A stretch of DNA of 64,000 bases from Macrostomum hystrix (GCA_950097015.1 CATNEN010000001.1:26722001-26786000); one strand, 5' to 3'. Positions 26,201-38,334 are shown, counted from the first letter of the stretch. Notes: generated from the sequence alone by a model not told the origin. Numbers and translations are program-made.

Positions 26201-27898
26201 GGCTGGTATAATGTTTTCCTGTTCAGCAGTATAGTTTCTTACGAGCCCTTTTAGATAAATCTTGCTGGAATCTTGCCATATTTGATTGGCTGGGCCTAAC
26301 CGTAGCAATCCAATTGTCTTTCTGATTCCGCTGAATTTATTGAATGATTTCATTATCATTTACAATTTCATCCGCTTGTGCTCAAGTCGGAGTAACGGCG
26401 TTATGATTTTTAAATAACATATAATAATTTATCATGCATTCCTTAATCTCGTCAGATGTGCAGCCTACAGCACAGCCGCAGCTATTGTGCGGAGGTTCTG
26501 AAGGCTGCGCACGGCTGTTCAGTCCATGGACTGGGGCGCAACACAACCAAAGGCGAACTATTGGCGCACCAAAGATCATAGAGGGGGAGATGAGATACGG
26601 GAGAGATGAGACAGGGAGAGATGAGGCATGGTGGGGATGAGACGGGGGAGAGATAAACTCAGCAATGGCAAACAATACTAAATTTCATGATTGTCATTAA
26701 GTAAAAAAATTGGAATCAAATGCAGGGACGTTCACTTTAGCATCCTTCGACTTTTTTGTTCGCAAGTTCAAGCACACTTGTTAAATAAACACTCAAAATA
26801 TTTACCTGACAGTTTTAACTGAACGAAGCCATAAGAAGCAGAGGTGAGGATAGATAGAGGATAGGATAGATTAGGTGGGGATAGGTAGAGAGAGAGACTG
26901 CTAGCAACTGAAGGCCACCTGTAAATTTTTTTTCGCTTGTATGGTTTTTTCCCACATAAAAAGTTCGTAAATAGTACTGCAGTAAGTAGCGATTGGAAAA
27001 TGTGTAGCGAATTCTCTATTTCTAACACAACTTTCCTTTCCTGACAAGTTTTTGTGCTGTACCCGAAAGGAGCAACGCCAGCACACGAAATTCAGGAACA
27101 CGGGCCAACTTTTTGTTGCGCATCTTCAGACCGTCGAGATATTCAATGGTTCTGCCCGAAGGTCCAATTTTTCCCATAAGCGCTAGTGTATTTCATACAC
27201 CCTATACACAACTTAGCACTGCGCCTCAGTGCGGCCTTGGCAGGCCTTCAAAATTTACCAGCATGTCACCCGAATGTGCTTGCATCATTTCCGTCCTCAG
27301 TGGTCACCTACCTTTATCTAGACGGACTGTCGGACCTTCAAGGGCTACAACCGGTGGAAATAGGCCACTATGGACACCCTGATGCGAATTTCTCCAATTT
27401 CACAGATCAAGCCAAAATATTAGGCGCAGCTCAACCACGGTACACCATCGTCTAGTCTGTCAACCAATCAGTCACCACCCAAGGCTGTTAGCATTCAGGC
27501 GCTGCCAAGAAAATTAAAAACGACTAAAAACGGGCGGCGAAATGGCTTGGTAGTCCTACTGTTAAGGGCTGAAGTTCAGCGAGTCAACTGCCTCTGCATT
27601 GCAGAAGGAACAGGTTTCAAAGACTTACTGCACTGGAAAGACAAGTGTCATTTTCGCATTGGATTACAACTGGCTGCCTGATGATAGAAGCTAGCTATTG
27701 GTTGGCTTCTCAAACTTTCGTAGGAATTTCTATGACGACGGGTTCGTTTAGTTTCAATAAACACAAATGAATATAAAGCACAGTACAAAAACAATATTCA
27801 CTTTCAGAAAGTACAAAGTCGCTAACGTCTTTATTATCTGAACTCAAACTCAGGATTGAACACCAATACACCCAGAGGCAAAATCGTCTGTGAAAAGT

Positions 27899-28681
27899 AT
27901 GCCTTACCGACAGGACAGTCTGACAGCAGTCAGGAGCCTGCGACTTCTCTTGGTGTTCGTGTCGCTGGCGCTGTCTCTGGCGAGCTCTGCCAGCTTCTAC
28001 TACAGAATCAGCGGGCTGCTGTGCATCAACGCTCAGTTCGTCGAGACCCACGCCGAGGCTACCTCGAACATTGAGTGCTCGAGTCTGTGCAGCAGCAGAC
28101 AGCAATGTCAGGCCTTCTCCATGGCCGATGGTCCGTGCCAGCTGTTCGTGTTCGACAAGTGCAGCAAGAGCGTGAGAGACTGCGGCTGCAGCCGCACAGG
28201 ACAGCTGTTTGTGAAGCAGCAGTCAGGACTGCCGCCCGGAGCTCTGTGTCCTGCCGGATACGCGAACGACTCTTGCGGTGTCAAGTACAAGTTCATGAGC
28301 TGCGTTGGTAACTGGACAAGCTGCAAGGCCATGTGCGATGCGGAGCCTGGACTCGTCATCATGGCGGATGTGACGGATGGCAGTGAGATGCAGAATGTGG
28401 GCCTGATGTCTGTTAGCAAGCTATCTAGCACACCTGGCCTGTTCGCTATATTTTTTGGCGGCTGGCAGCTTCCGGGCAGTCAGGAGCCATTCGGAGGCTG
28501 GCAGTGGGTCAGCTGCGGCCTGAACATCTCATCCGTGATGTGGAGCGGCGGAGAGCCCAACAATGGCGGGGGCGTTGAGGATCGAACTGTTGTGGACAAC
28601 CAGGGAAGGCTAATCGATGTGTCAGAGATCTACAACTACTCCCCCGGAGCCTTCTGTGAGTGCCTGTCGCCCTTCGTCTGA
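27899..28681 (+). CDS. Secreted PAN/Apple-C-type lectin, copy 2
   Basis: Intact intronless paralog, EPN motif. Confidence 0.88.
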   Translation: MPYRQDSLTAVRSLRLLLVFVSLALSLASSASFYYRISGLLCINAQFVETHAEATSNIECSSLCSSRQQCQAFSMADGPCQLFVFDKCSKSVRDCGCSRTGQLFVKQQSGLPPGALCPAGYANDSCGVKYKFMSCVGNWTSCKAMCDAEPGLVIMADVTDGSEMQNVGLMSVSKLSSTPGLFAIFFGGWQLPGSQEPFGGWQWVSCGLNISSVMWSGGEPNNGGGVEDRTVVDNQGRLIDVSEIYNYSPGAFCECLSPFV

Positions 28682-29019
28682 TGTACAGGATTGTGAAAGA
28701 AATCGAAATACTTGCGCTTGTTCGAGGAATTGGAAAGGACGGATTGTGGAAGTCTACAAAGATGATTTTACTTCTTGTCGTTTGACCCTTGAATTGGGAG
28801 TTAAGCTTGATGTAAATGGATTGATCTGCGCGTTTTTCACTATGAGGCTTGAAGTGTTCCTGGATTTTTATTTACAGGTACTGCGGTCGCAATTAACGAA
28901 AGACTTCAAAGTTTGACCATTTTAACTTGACATGAACATATGAATTCTGGCCTATACTTCAGCTTTGATCCGGCTTTGACTTCTAATTGACGCACCGGAT
29001 CTGGAGGTTTTGAAGGTTC

Positions 29020-29272
29020 AGCAGCCAGTGAAGAGGCAGTTCTGCCCATTTCGCTGACTCCTGAGCACACACGCACACAGATACCATACGCAGGCACACG
29101 CTCACACAGGTGTGTCCATCTGTCCTGACTTTCTCGTGGTTGGTTCACTGTGCCTTGGAGGTTGGCCCTCAAGGGCGTAAATTGCACAAGAAGCACCCAA
29201 CCCCCCTGTCCGCGGATGTAGCCCAAATGAATGTGGCCTCGCCGTGGAATCGAGCTCAGGGACCTTGGTGCC
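29020..29272 (-). mobile_element. SINE family A copy whose head runs into a minisatellite
   Basis: Shared family sequence up to the B-box, then the 31-bp array. Confidence 0.8.
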
Positions 29273-30489
29273 GTCACTCACACCCACAAATTGGAAAGCA
29301 CTCGCCACTCACACCCACAAATTGGAAAGCACTCGCCACTCACACCCACAAATTGGAAAGCACTCGCCACTCACACCCACAAAGTGGAAAGCACTCGCCA
29401 CTCACACCCACAAATTGGAAAGCACTCGCCACTCACACCCACAAATGGGAAAGCACTCGCCACTCACACCCACAAATGGGAAAGCACTCGCCACTCACAC
29501 CCACAAATTGGAAAGCACTCGCCACTCACACCCACAAATTGGAAAGCACTCGCCACTCACACCCACAAATGGGAAAGCACTCGCCACTCACACCCACAAA
29601 TTGGAAAGCACTCGCCACTCACACCCACAAATTGGAAAGCACTCGCCACTCACACCCACAAATTGGAAAGCACTCGCCACTCACACCCACAAATTGGAAA
29701 GCACTCGCCACTCACACCCACAAATGGGAAAGCACTCGCCACTCACACCCACAAATTGGAAAGCACTCGCCACTCACACCCACAAATGGGAAAGCACTCG
29801 CCACTCACACCCACAAATGGGAAAGCACTCGCCACTCACACCCACAAATGGGAAAGCACTCGCCACTCACACCCACAAATGGGAAAGCACTCGCCACTCA
29901 CACCCACAAATGGGAAAGCACTCGCCACTCACACCCACAAATTGGAAAGCACTCGCCACTCACACCCACAAATTGGAAAGCACTCGCCACTCACACCCAC
30001 AAATGGGAAAGCACTCGCCACTCACACCCACAAAGTGGAAAGCACTCGCCACTCACACCCACAAATTGGAAAGCACTCGCCACTCACACCCACAAATGGG
30101 AAAGCACTCGCCACTCACACCCACAAATGGGAAAGCACTCGCCACTCACGCCCACAAATGGGAAAGCACTCGCCACTCACACCCACAAATGGGAAAGCAC
30201 TCGCCACTCACACCCACAAATGGGAAAGCACTCGCCACTCACACCCACAAATGGGAAAGCACTCGCCACTCACACCCACAAATGGGAAAGCACTCGCCAC
30301 TCACACCCACAAATGGGAAAGCACTCGCCACTCACGCCCACAAATGGGAAAGCACTCGCCACTCACACCCACAAATTGGAAAGCACTCGCCACTCACGCC
30401 CACAAATGGGAAAGCACTCGCCACTCACACCCACAAATGGGAAAGCACTCGCCACTCACACCCACAAATGGGAAAGCACTCGCCACTCA
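29272..30489. repeat. 31-bp minisatellite (CACTCGCCACTCACACCCACAAATGGGAAAG)n, ~39 copies
   Basis: Directly visible; the 31-aa periodicity in three frames equals 3 x 31 nt. Confidence 0.95.
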
Positions 30490-31156
30490 GACAGATATTT
30501 CTCTGGCTAGACAAAAGTTTGTTCTGTCATGCGGAAAATAGTTTCGATTTCTCTCATAGACTCAGTCGATACGAGTAGGAAAACAAAAGGTGAATAGTTA
30601 GCAAATTTCACGTACATGTATCATTGCATGGCGGTGGGACATTGCTTCTAAGTTGCCTCCTGAAGATGAAGACGAACCAAGTGCGTTCGATTGTCGCCTC
30701 AGTGTCGACTGTCATTGAAAGACTCAGCCGATACGCACGAGTTGTCTCACGCAGCAATGCATCCTATAATAATACAATGCAGATGGTACAAGTGAATTTG
30801 CAACTTTTGATTTCAAGCATCAGTGAGCTTCACTTTCCCCACTGGAGATTGGAGTACAAGGGAAACTAGTATAAGCACTCTTGCATGACTACTAAAGTAG
30901 CACTGTTTGATATTTAATACTATTTAATAAATACGTATCTGATGCGAGTAAAATTGTTTACTTTTGTTTTGCTACTTTATTTCATATAAATTCTGATTTA
31001 TTCTAAACACAGCATTGTCACGCGGGCCTACATACGACTGAATATGACTGAACACATTTGCATATTGTAGGATTTCAAAACGATCGACACACAAAACATG
31101 CCACTGAAAGTAGTAAGATGTGATAGAGAAAGTTTACTTACTGTAATTAATTATTA

Positions 31157-31472
31157 TAATAATTAATAATAATAATTATTGATTACACCTGCCCCAATCG
31201 GGTCAGATGTGCAGCCGACAGCACAGCCGCAGCTAATGCGCGGTGCATCTGAAGGCTGCGTACAGCTGTTCAGTCCATGGACTGGGGGGACGCCACACCC
31301 ACCTTCAATTATCCCAGCTGATGCTGGTACCCATTCAACAGCTGGGTGAACTGAAGCAATGCAGAGTTAAGTGTCTTGCTAAAGGACACAAATTGTTTCA
31401 GTGGAGTCGGGAATCGAACCCCCGACCTTCAAGTCGTGAGTCCGACGCCCTAACCACTAGGCTACAACCTCT
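31157..31472 (-). mobile_element. SINE family B, full length, probable TSD TGTAATTAATTATTA
   Basis: Near-identical reverse complement of 34996-35300; duplicated 15-mer at 31142-31156 and 31476-31490. Confidence 0.85.
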
Positions 31473-31779
31473 GTATGTAATTAATTATTAAATCCAATAA
31501 ACACATTTTTTAGTTTTAGTAAGCTATGATATCTTAAAGCCATTTGTCATATGGCTAGGTCAAACATTTTGACCGGATCACAGTAAACTATGAGACTGAT
31601 TATTTCAAAGAATTAATTGTTCAGTCTTTGTTAAAAATCAATAGTACTGGTTTCATTGCTAGGAGATTCGCCAGCGTTAACATTTGTCCAATTTGGGAGT
31701 ACGAGACATTCCCCGAATGATCTTTCCATGCAGCGAGGTTCTCCAGCAGCAAAGCTTTGACTGTATGCTGAAATCTTCG

Positions 31780-32940
31780 TGTGAGAAGCTCGGTGTGAGA
31801 AGCTCGGTGTGAGAAGCTCGGTGTGAGAAGCTCGGTGTGAGAAGCTCAGTGTGAGAAGCTCGGTGTGAGAAGCTCGGTGTGAGAAGCTCGGTGTGAGAAG
31901 CTCGGTGTGAGAAGCTCGGTGTGAGAAGCTCGGTGTGAGAAGCTCGGTGTGAGAAGCTCGGTGTGAGAAGCTCGGTGTGAGAAGCTCGGTGTGAGAAGCT
32001 CGGTGTGAGAAGCTCGGTGTGAGAAGCTCGGTGTGAGAAGCTCGGTGTGAGAAGCTCGGTGTGAGAAGCTCGGTGTGAGAAGCTCGGTGTGAGAAGCTCG
32101 GTGTGAGAAGCTCGGTGCAAGAACCTCGGTGTGAGAAGCTCGGTGTGAGAAGCTCGGTGCGAGAAGCTCGGTGTGAGAAGCTCGGTGCGAGAAGCTCGGT
32201 GTGAGAAGCTCGGTGCGAGAAGCTCGGTGTGAGAAGCTCGGTGTGAGAAGCTCGGTGCGAGAAGCTCGGTGTGAGAAGCTCGGTGCAAGAACCTCGGTGT
32301 GAGAAGCTCGGTGTGAGAAGTTCTGTGTGAGAAGCTCGGTGTGAGAAGCTCGGTGTGAGAAGCTCGGTGTGAGAAGCTCGGTGTGAGAAGCTCGGTGTGA
32401 GAAGCTCGGTGTGAGAAGCTCGGTGTGAGAAGCTCGGTGTGAGAAGCTCGGTGTGAGAAGCTCGGTGTGAGAAGCTCGGTGTGAGAAGCTCGGTGTGAGA
32501 ACCTCGGTGTGAGAAGCTCGGTGTGAGAAGTTCTGTGTGAGAAGCTCGGTGTGAGAAGCTCGGTGTGAGAAGCTCGGTGTGAGAAGCTCGGTGTGAGAAG
32601 CTCGGTGTGAGAAGCTCGGTGCGAGAAGCTCGGTGTGAGAAGCTCGGTGTGAGAAGCTCGGTGCGAGAAGCTCGGTGTGAGAAGCTCGGTGCAAGAACCT
32701 CGGTGTGAGAAGCTCGGTGTGAGAAGTTCTGTGTGAGAAGCTCGGTGTGAGAAGCTCGGTGTGAGAAGCTCGGTGTGAGAAGCTCGGTGTGAGAAGCTCG
32801 GTGTGAGAAGCTCGGTGTGAGAAGCTCGGTGTGAGAAGCTCGGTGTGAGAAGCTCGGTGTGAGAAGTTCTGTGTGAGAAGCTCGGTGTGGGAAGCTCGGT
32901 GTGAGAAGCTCGGTGAGAGAAGCTCGGTAGGAAAAGCTCG
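31780..32940. repeat. 14-bp minisatellite (GTGTGAGAAGCTCG)n
   Basis: Directly visible. Confidence 0.95.
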
Positions 32941-33021
32941 GCGGGGAGAGGTCCTGCGGGCAAAACTCGAACGGAAAATCTTATAGACCCGTCCAAGTGA
33001 GAAGCATCACGCAAACGCAAG

Positions 33022-33816
33022 TCAGTTGAATGGTGACAGACACTCGCTGTAGCTCCCAGCTGCCAAATTATAGTTCTCAGTCGGCACATCGATGAAATTC
33101 TTCAAATTGTCAAACGCTACTCGATCCTCAACTCTATTGCTGCCGCCTCCATTGTTGGGCTCTCCACTGCTCCACAGTCCGGATGAGATGTTCAGGCCGC
33201 AGCTGACCCACTGCCAGCCTCCCGATGGCTCCGGACTGCCCGGAAGCTGCCAGCCGCCCAGAAAAATAGCAGAGAAGCCAGTTCCACCAGAAACTTTGTT
33301 GGCTACCATCTGGCCCACATTCTGCATCTCACTGCCATCCGTCACATCCGCCATGATGACGAGTCCAGGCTCCGCATCGCACATGGCCTTGCAGCTTGTC
33401 CAGTTACCAACGCAGCTCATGAACTTGTACTTGACGCCGCAAGAGTCGCTCGCGTATCCGGCAGGACACAGAGCTCCGGGCGGCAGTCCTGACTGCTGCT
33501 TCACAAACAGTTGTCCTGTGCGGCTGCAGCCGCAGTCTCTCACGCTCTTGCTGCACCTGTCGAACACGAACAGCTTGCACGGACCGTCGGCCATGGAGAA
33601 GGCCTGACATTGCTGTCTGCTGCTGCACAGACTCGAGCACTCAATGTTCGAGGTAGCCTCGGCGTAGGTCTCGACGAACTGAGCGTTGATGCACAGCAGC
33701 CCGTTGATTCTGTAGTAGAAGCTGGCAGAGCTCGCCAGAGACAGTGCCAGCGACACCAACACCAAGAGAAGTCGCAGGTTCCTGACTGCTGTCAGACTGT
33801 CGTGCAGGCAAGGCAT
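33022..33816 (-). CDS. Secreted PAN/Apple-C-type lectin, copy 3
   Basis: Intact ORF; likely ATG at 33816 (MPCLHDSLTAVR, parallel to copy 2); the terminal FCEC is replaced by YSEC. Confidence 0.85.
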   Translation of the reverse strand: MPCLHDSLTAVRNLRLLLVLVSLALSLASSASFYYRINGLLCINAQFVETYAEATSNIECSSLCSSRQQCQAFSMADGPCKLFVFDRCSKSVRDCGCSRTGQLFVKQQSGLPPGALCPAGYASDSCGVKYKFMSCVGNWTSCKAMCDAEPGLVIMADVTDGSEMQNVGQMVANKVSGGTGFSAIFLGGWQLPGSPEPSGGWQWVSCGLNISSGLWSSGEPNNGGGSNRVEDRVAFDNLKNFIDVPTENYNLAAGSYSECLSPFN

Positions 33817-34179
33817 GTCCAGTTCTAGCCTTAACTGACACAATTCTTGCCAAAGCTTTGTTCTTTCTATTGATACATCATTGAAAGCTATCGTTCTCCT
33901 GATTGGCATTCACTTAGGCTCTCGTGCACGCCTAGCAAGCTTTTCACCTTTGTTCCATGTCAGCCAATCAAATTTAGTCTGTCGAAACTGCAAAGAAGAT
34001 CTGCATTTTAAATTAGTCGCAGACACTTGAAATTATATTTAAAGCCTAAAGCGCTCATTTATTGTAAGCTTTGAAGGGCCTAGGGCCCAGGATTCGGCAA
34101 TCTAGGTCCACGGTCCAGATGTGGCCCTTGAAGCTCCGAAATCCGGCCCGTTGCCACTACCGACGCCAACAGTATCCTG

Positions 34180-34490
34180 TGTGTCTCATCTCTCCCCTTC
34201 TCTCATCTCTCCCGTGTCTTATCTCTCCCGTGTCTCATCTCTCCCGTGTCTCATCTCTCCCGTGTCTCATCTCTCCCATGTCTCATCTCTCCCATGTCTC
34301 ATCTCTCCCGTGTCTCATCTCTCCCGTGTCTCATCTCTCCCGTGTCTCATCTCTCCCATGTCTCATCTCTCCTGTGTCTCATCTCTCCCGTGTCTCATCT
34401 CTCCACCATCATATTTCTACAGTCAATACGGTCCGCTGTCGTCTTTTAGGTTCTCTCTTTGTCCCGCTAGCTAATGACTTTGCCGACCCG
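34180..34490 (-). repeat. 18-bp minisatellite with conserved flank (same element as 15540-15730)
   Basis: Directly visible. Confidence 0.8.
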
Positions 34491-34995
34491 TGGTAAGAAA
34501 ATATTTTCTTTCCAAGCCAGTGAACTTAGAAATCCTGCGATTGTTTAGCGGACACTGTACTCCAGACTTGAGCACAATCAATCTCATTCTATTTTAGCTG
34601 CTTGCATTAGTCAAGCCTGATCGTGAGTAAAACAAACAATTAAGCACATGCATTAATGTCGACTCGGTTGCTAAGGATACTGAATTTAATTCTAAGCAGC
34701 GGAGAAACTGGATGTCTGTAGCGCACTGAGCAAACAGAGTTGAAAATTTAGCAAATGCAAACAGAATAGAGAAGTTTTCTGGGTAGATCCATACGAGAGG
34801 CTACTAAAGCATGAATTGCATTTTAACAGTTTCCCGATTGCAAAGAAATCGAAATTCTTTAGACAGATTCTTTTAAATTTGTTAATTTTCAGGTAACTTT
34901 AAAATACACTTCAACGCATTTTCAATGCATAAGAATTTACTATGTTTATTTGCGAGTGTGTAGAAATACATTGTGTAGAACCACTACTACCACTA

Positions 34996-35300
34996 GAGGT
35001 TGTAGCCTAGTGGTTAGGGCGTCGGACTCACGACTTGAAGGTCGGGGGTTCGATTCCCGACTCCACTGAAACAATTTGTGTCCTTTAGCAAGATACTTAA
35101 CTCTGCATTGCTTCAGTTCACCCAGCTGTTAAATGGGTCCCAGCATCAGCTGGGATAATTGAAGGTGGGTGTGGCGTCCCCCCAGTCCATGGACTGAACA
35201 GCTGTACGCAGCCTTCAGATGCGCCGCGCAATAGCTGCGGCTGTGCTGTCGGCTGCACATCTGGCCCGATTGGGGCAGGTGTAATCAATTATTATTATTA
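34996..35300 (+). mobile_element. SINE family B, full length: tRNA-derived head + CORE-like domain + structured tail + (ATT)n
   Basis: Head GGTTGTAGCCTAGTGGTTAGG...GGTTCGATTCCC; central TGTGTCCTTTAGCAAGATACTTAACTCT..CTTCAGTT..CAGCTGTTAAATGGG resembles the MIR/CORE domain. Confidence 0.85.
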
Positions 35301-35309
35301 CAATTATTA

Positions 35310-35652
35310 ATTGTGTAGGAATACATTGTGTAGGATTATATTGTGTAGGATTACATTGTGTAGGATTACATTGTGTAGGATTACATTGTGTAGGAATACA
35401 TTGTGTAGGATTACATTGTGTAGGATTACATTGTGTAGGAATACATTGTGTAGGATTACATTGTGTAGGATTACATTGTGTAGGAATACATTGTGTAGGA
35501 ATACATTGTGTAGGAATATATTGTGTAGGAATACATTGTGTAGGAATACATTGTGTAGGAATACATTGTGTAGGAATACATTGTGTAGGAATACATTGTG
35601 TAGGAATACATTGTGTAGGAATACATTGTGTAGGAATACATTGTGTAGGAAT
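35310..35652. repeat. 15-bp minisatellite (ATTGTGTAGGAATAC)n
   Basis: Directly visible. Confidence 0.95.
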
Positions 35653-35832
35653 GCCTGATGCAAATACAAATTTTATTTCTGCATCTCTCTCGACGTCGAA
35701 TGGCAACATGCCGTTCTAGCAAGCAGTTAGCAATGGGTAGCGCGAAGTTTCTATCCTCTTTCTGAGAAAAGCCTCCTGAAAGCGTTCTCTAGACATTTCC
35801 AATGTCTGAATTATTCTAGACTTAGTCCCAAG

Positions 35833-36545
35833 ACCGTCAGGAGCCTGCGACTTCTCTTGGTGTTGATGTCGGTGGCGCTGTCGCTGGCGAGCTCTGCCAG
35901 CTTCTACTACAGAATCAACGGGCTGCTGTGCATCAACGCTCAGTTCGTCGAGACCCACGCCGAGGCTACCTCTAACATTGAGTGCTCGAGTCTGTGCAGC
36001 AGCAGACAGCAATGTCAGGCCTTCTCCATGGCCGACGGTCCGTGTCAGCTGTTTGCATTCGACAGGTGCAGCAAGAGCGTGAGAGACTGCGGCTGCAGCC
36101 GCACAGGACAGCTGTTTGTGAAGCAGCAGTCAGGACTGCCGCCCGGAGCTCTGTGTCCTGCCGGATACGCGAATGACTCTTGCGGTGTCAAGTACAAGTT
36201 CATGAGCTGCGTTGGTAACTGGACAAGCTGCAAGGCCATGTGCGATGCGGAGCCTGGACTCGTCATCATGGCGGATGTGACGGATGGCAGTGAGATGGAG
36301 AGGCTTGGGCTGATGGCTGTCAACGATGTAGGCATTCGTACATCTTCAGGGCCAGTCTCTGGTTTTTATTCCATCTATCTGGGCGGCTGGCAGCTTCCGG
36401 GCAGTCCGGAGCCATCGGGAGGCTGGCAGTGGGTCAGCTGCGGCCTGAGCATCTTGACCGGACTGTGGAACATCAGAGAGTCCTCCAATGGCGCAGGCGC
36501 ATTGGATCGTATCGCAATAAATTATGGAAAGCATCTCATATATCA
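35833..36545 (+). pseudogene. PAN/Apple-C-type lectin copy 4, lacking the upstream ATG and 3'-truncated at a SINE
   Basis: Homologous to copies 1-3; EPN replaced by ESSN; the ORF reads into SINE B after ...YGKHLI. Confidence 0.75.
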
Positions 36546-36559
36546 TAAGCTGCTCAAGA

Positions 36560-36840
36560 GGGGTTGTAGCTTAGAGGTTATAGCATCGCAGTCCCGACTT
36601 GAAGGTGGGGGTTCGATTCCCGACTCCACTAGAGCAATTTGTGTCTTTAGCGAGACACCTGACTGGCTTCAGTTCAACCAGCTGTTGAACCGGCATCATC
36701 TAAGGTAATTAAGGGTGGGTGTGGCGTCCCCTAGTTTACGGGCTTGATAGTCGTACGCAGCCTTCAGATGCGCCGCGCAATAGCTACATAGCAACACATC
36801 TCGCCAAATCGGGACAGTTGTAATAAATTATTATTATTAT
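36560..36840 (+). mobile_element. SINE family B copy between lectin copies 4 and 5
   Basis: Shared family sequence with (ATT)n tail. Confidence 0.8.
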
Positions 36841-36841
36841 C

Positions 36842-37070
36842 ATGAGCGGCGTTGGTAACTGGTCAAGCTGCAAGGCCATGTGCGATGCGGTGCCTGGACT
36901 CGTCATCATGGCGGATGTGACGAATAACAGTAGGATTCAGAATGTGGGCCAGATGGTAGCCGACAAGGTGTCTGGTTCCTGGGTGGCTGGCAGCTTCCGG
37001 GCAGTCCGGAGCCATCGGGAGGCTGGCAGTGGGTCAGCTGCGGCCTGAACATCTCATCTAGACTGTGGAA
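36842..37070 (+). pseudogene. C-type lectin fragment (copy 5), frameshifted and truncated
   Basis: MSGVGNWSSCKAMCDA..VIMADVT..QNVGQMVADKVSG, then a deletion/frameshift before GGWQ; homology ends ~37070. Confidence 0.75.
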
Positions 37071-37414
37071 TATCGACGATAGAGCTGAAGGCGTTCTTGG
37101 AAATCTGGACAACAAATTGCGAACTCGCAGGCTGGGGCTACTGCCTGTTTTATTTCGTGTGACTTCTGAGAGGAATTTTCTTCCGAAGGTAAAACGGCGA
37201 ATATTTAGCTTTAATCTGATGTGAATATTAATCCACCACTTTTGCGTACCTGCAGTAGTGATGAAGGGTGTGAAGCTAATATTTGTATCAAGGAGAAAAT
37301 CCTTTGAATTAAGCAATTAAAAATGTTTAATAAACAAGCAGTGGCTATCTGTTGGCTGTTTGAATGTGTAGCAACATGATTTACAGGGTCTTAAAAGACA
37401 GTAATAATAAAATA

Positions 37415-37746
37415 GTACGGCTGTGGGCAATGGCGCATCATTTGTTGACTCTAGACCCAGCCAGCGATGAGTCAATTCTGCCCATTTCGCTGACTCCTGA
37501 GCACACACGCACACAGATACTGTAAGCAGGCACACGCTCACACAGGTGTGTACATCTGCCCTGACTTTCTCATCGTCAGGCAGTGTACACTCTCACTGTG
37601 CCTTGGAGGTTGGCCCTCAATTGCGTAAATTGCATGACAAGCCCCCAAGCCTTCTCTCCGCGCCAAATTAAAGTGGCCTCGCCGCGGAATCGAGCTCAGG
37701 GACCTTACGCGAGTGGAAACGCGTTAACCACTCTGCCACTCACCCG
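37415..37746 (-). mobile_element. SINE family A, full length
   Basis: Shared family sequence including head. Confidence 0.85.
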
Positions 37747-38334
37747 ACATCCCGGGTCTTTGTCTTCATTTGCATTTGACGAGTTCATGTGGTTTGTTGA
37801 CTTGGTCTTTTGACCTTCCTGAGGATTCTCCAGTGGCAACTGTTGGCTAATTAAGAGCAGAACATTGGAATGGGGTCCACCGATAATGGAGAATTTTTTG
37901 ACTAGTTGCGTGGATTTTATTCATACGTGTGTTTCAGGTAATACATCGTTACATCGTTAAGAATTAGCGAAAATTATTAAAACTAGTCGTAGGCAAGAGA
38001 GTCAGGGCGCGCTCTATGAAGTGTTCGTAAAATAAGTTTGACATTAGCTCCTATCTCGGCAGTGTGATTTTCAGTCCTTTAGTTTCAGCTAACGGATGCA
38101 CTAGCTTTATAGTGCGCGCCCAAGAGTGCGTTAGAAAAAGAAAAAGAGTGCGTTAAGTGATGAGCACATCGTAATAAGCAAGGTAAACATTGGGTCATGC
38201 TGGCGCACTCACAGATAATCGATAATTTTTATGTTAATAAATTGTATGTCACATAAGAAGCTTATGTTCAATGTTTATATCGTTATTGTCGTTCTGCACA
38301 AGGTCGCTTGCCACGCTAGCATTAATCTTGCCAG

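Noticed and set aside
29110-33089. 430-470 aa repeat ORFs and a CRISPR-like appearance of the 31-bp and 14-bp arrays
   Set aside because: Head-to-tail units with no unique spacers, eukaryotic context, no cas genes
35831-35868. Spliced-leader AUG supplying the missing start of lectin copy 4 (AAG|ACC GTC is in frame)
   Set aside because: Poor pyrimidine tract, and the copy is 3'-truncated, so decay is the simpler explanation
37547-37590. CTGACGA...GAAA in SINE A (minus strand) as a hammerhead core
   Set aside because: No stem II/III geometry; the motif sits in the stem and loop of a simple long hairpin (GTGTACA-CTGCCTGAC / GTCAGGGCAG-ATGTACAC)
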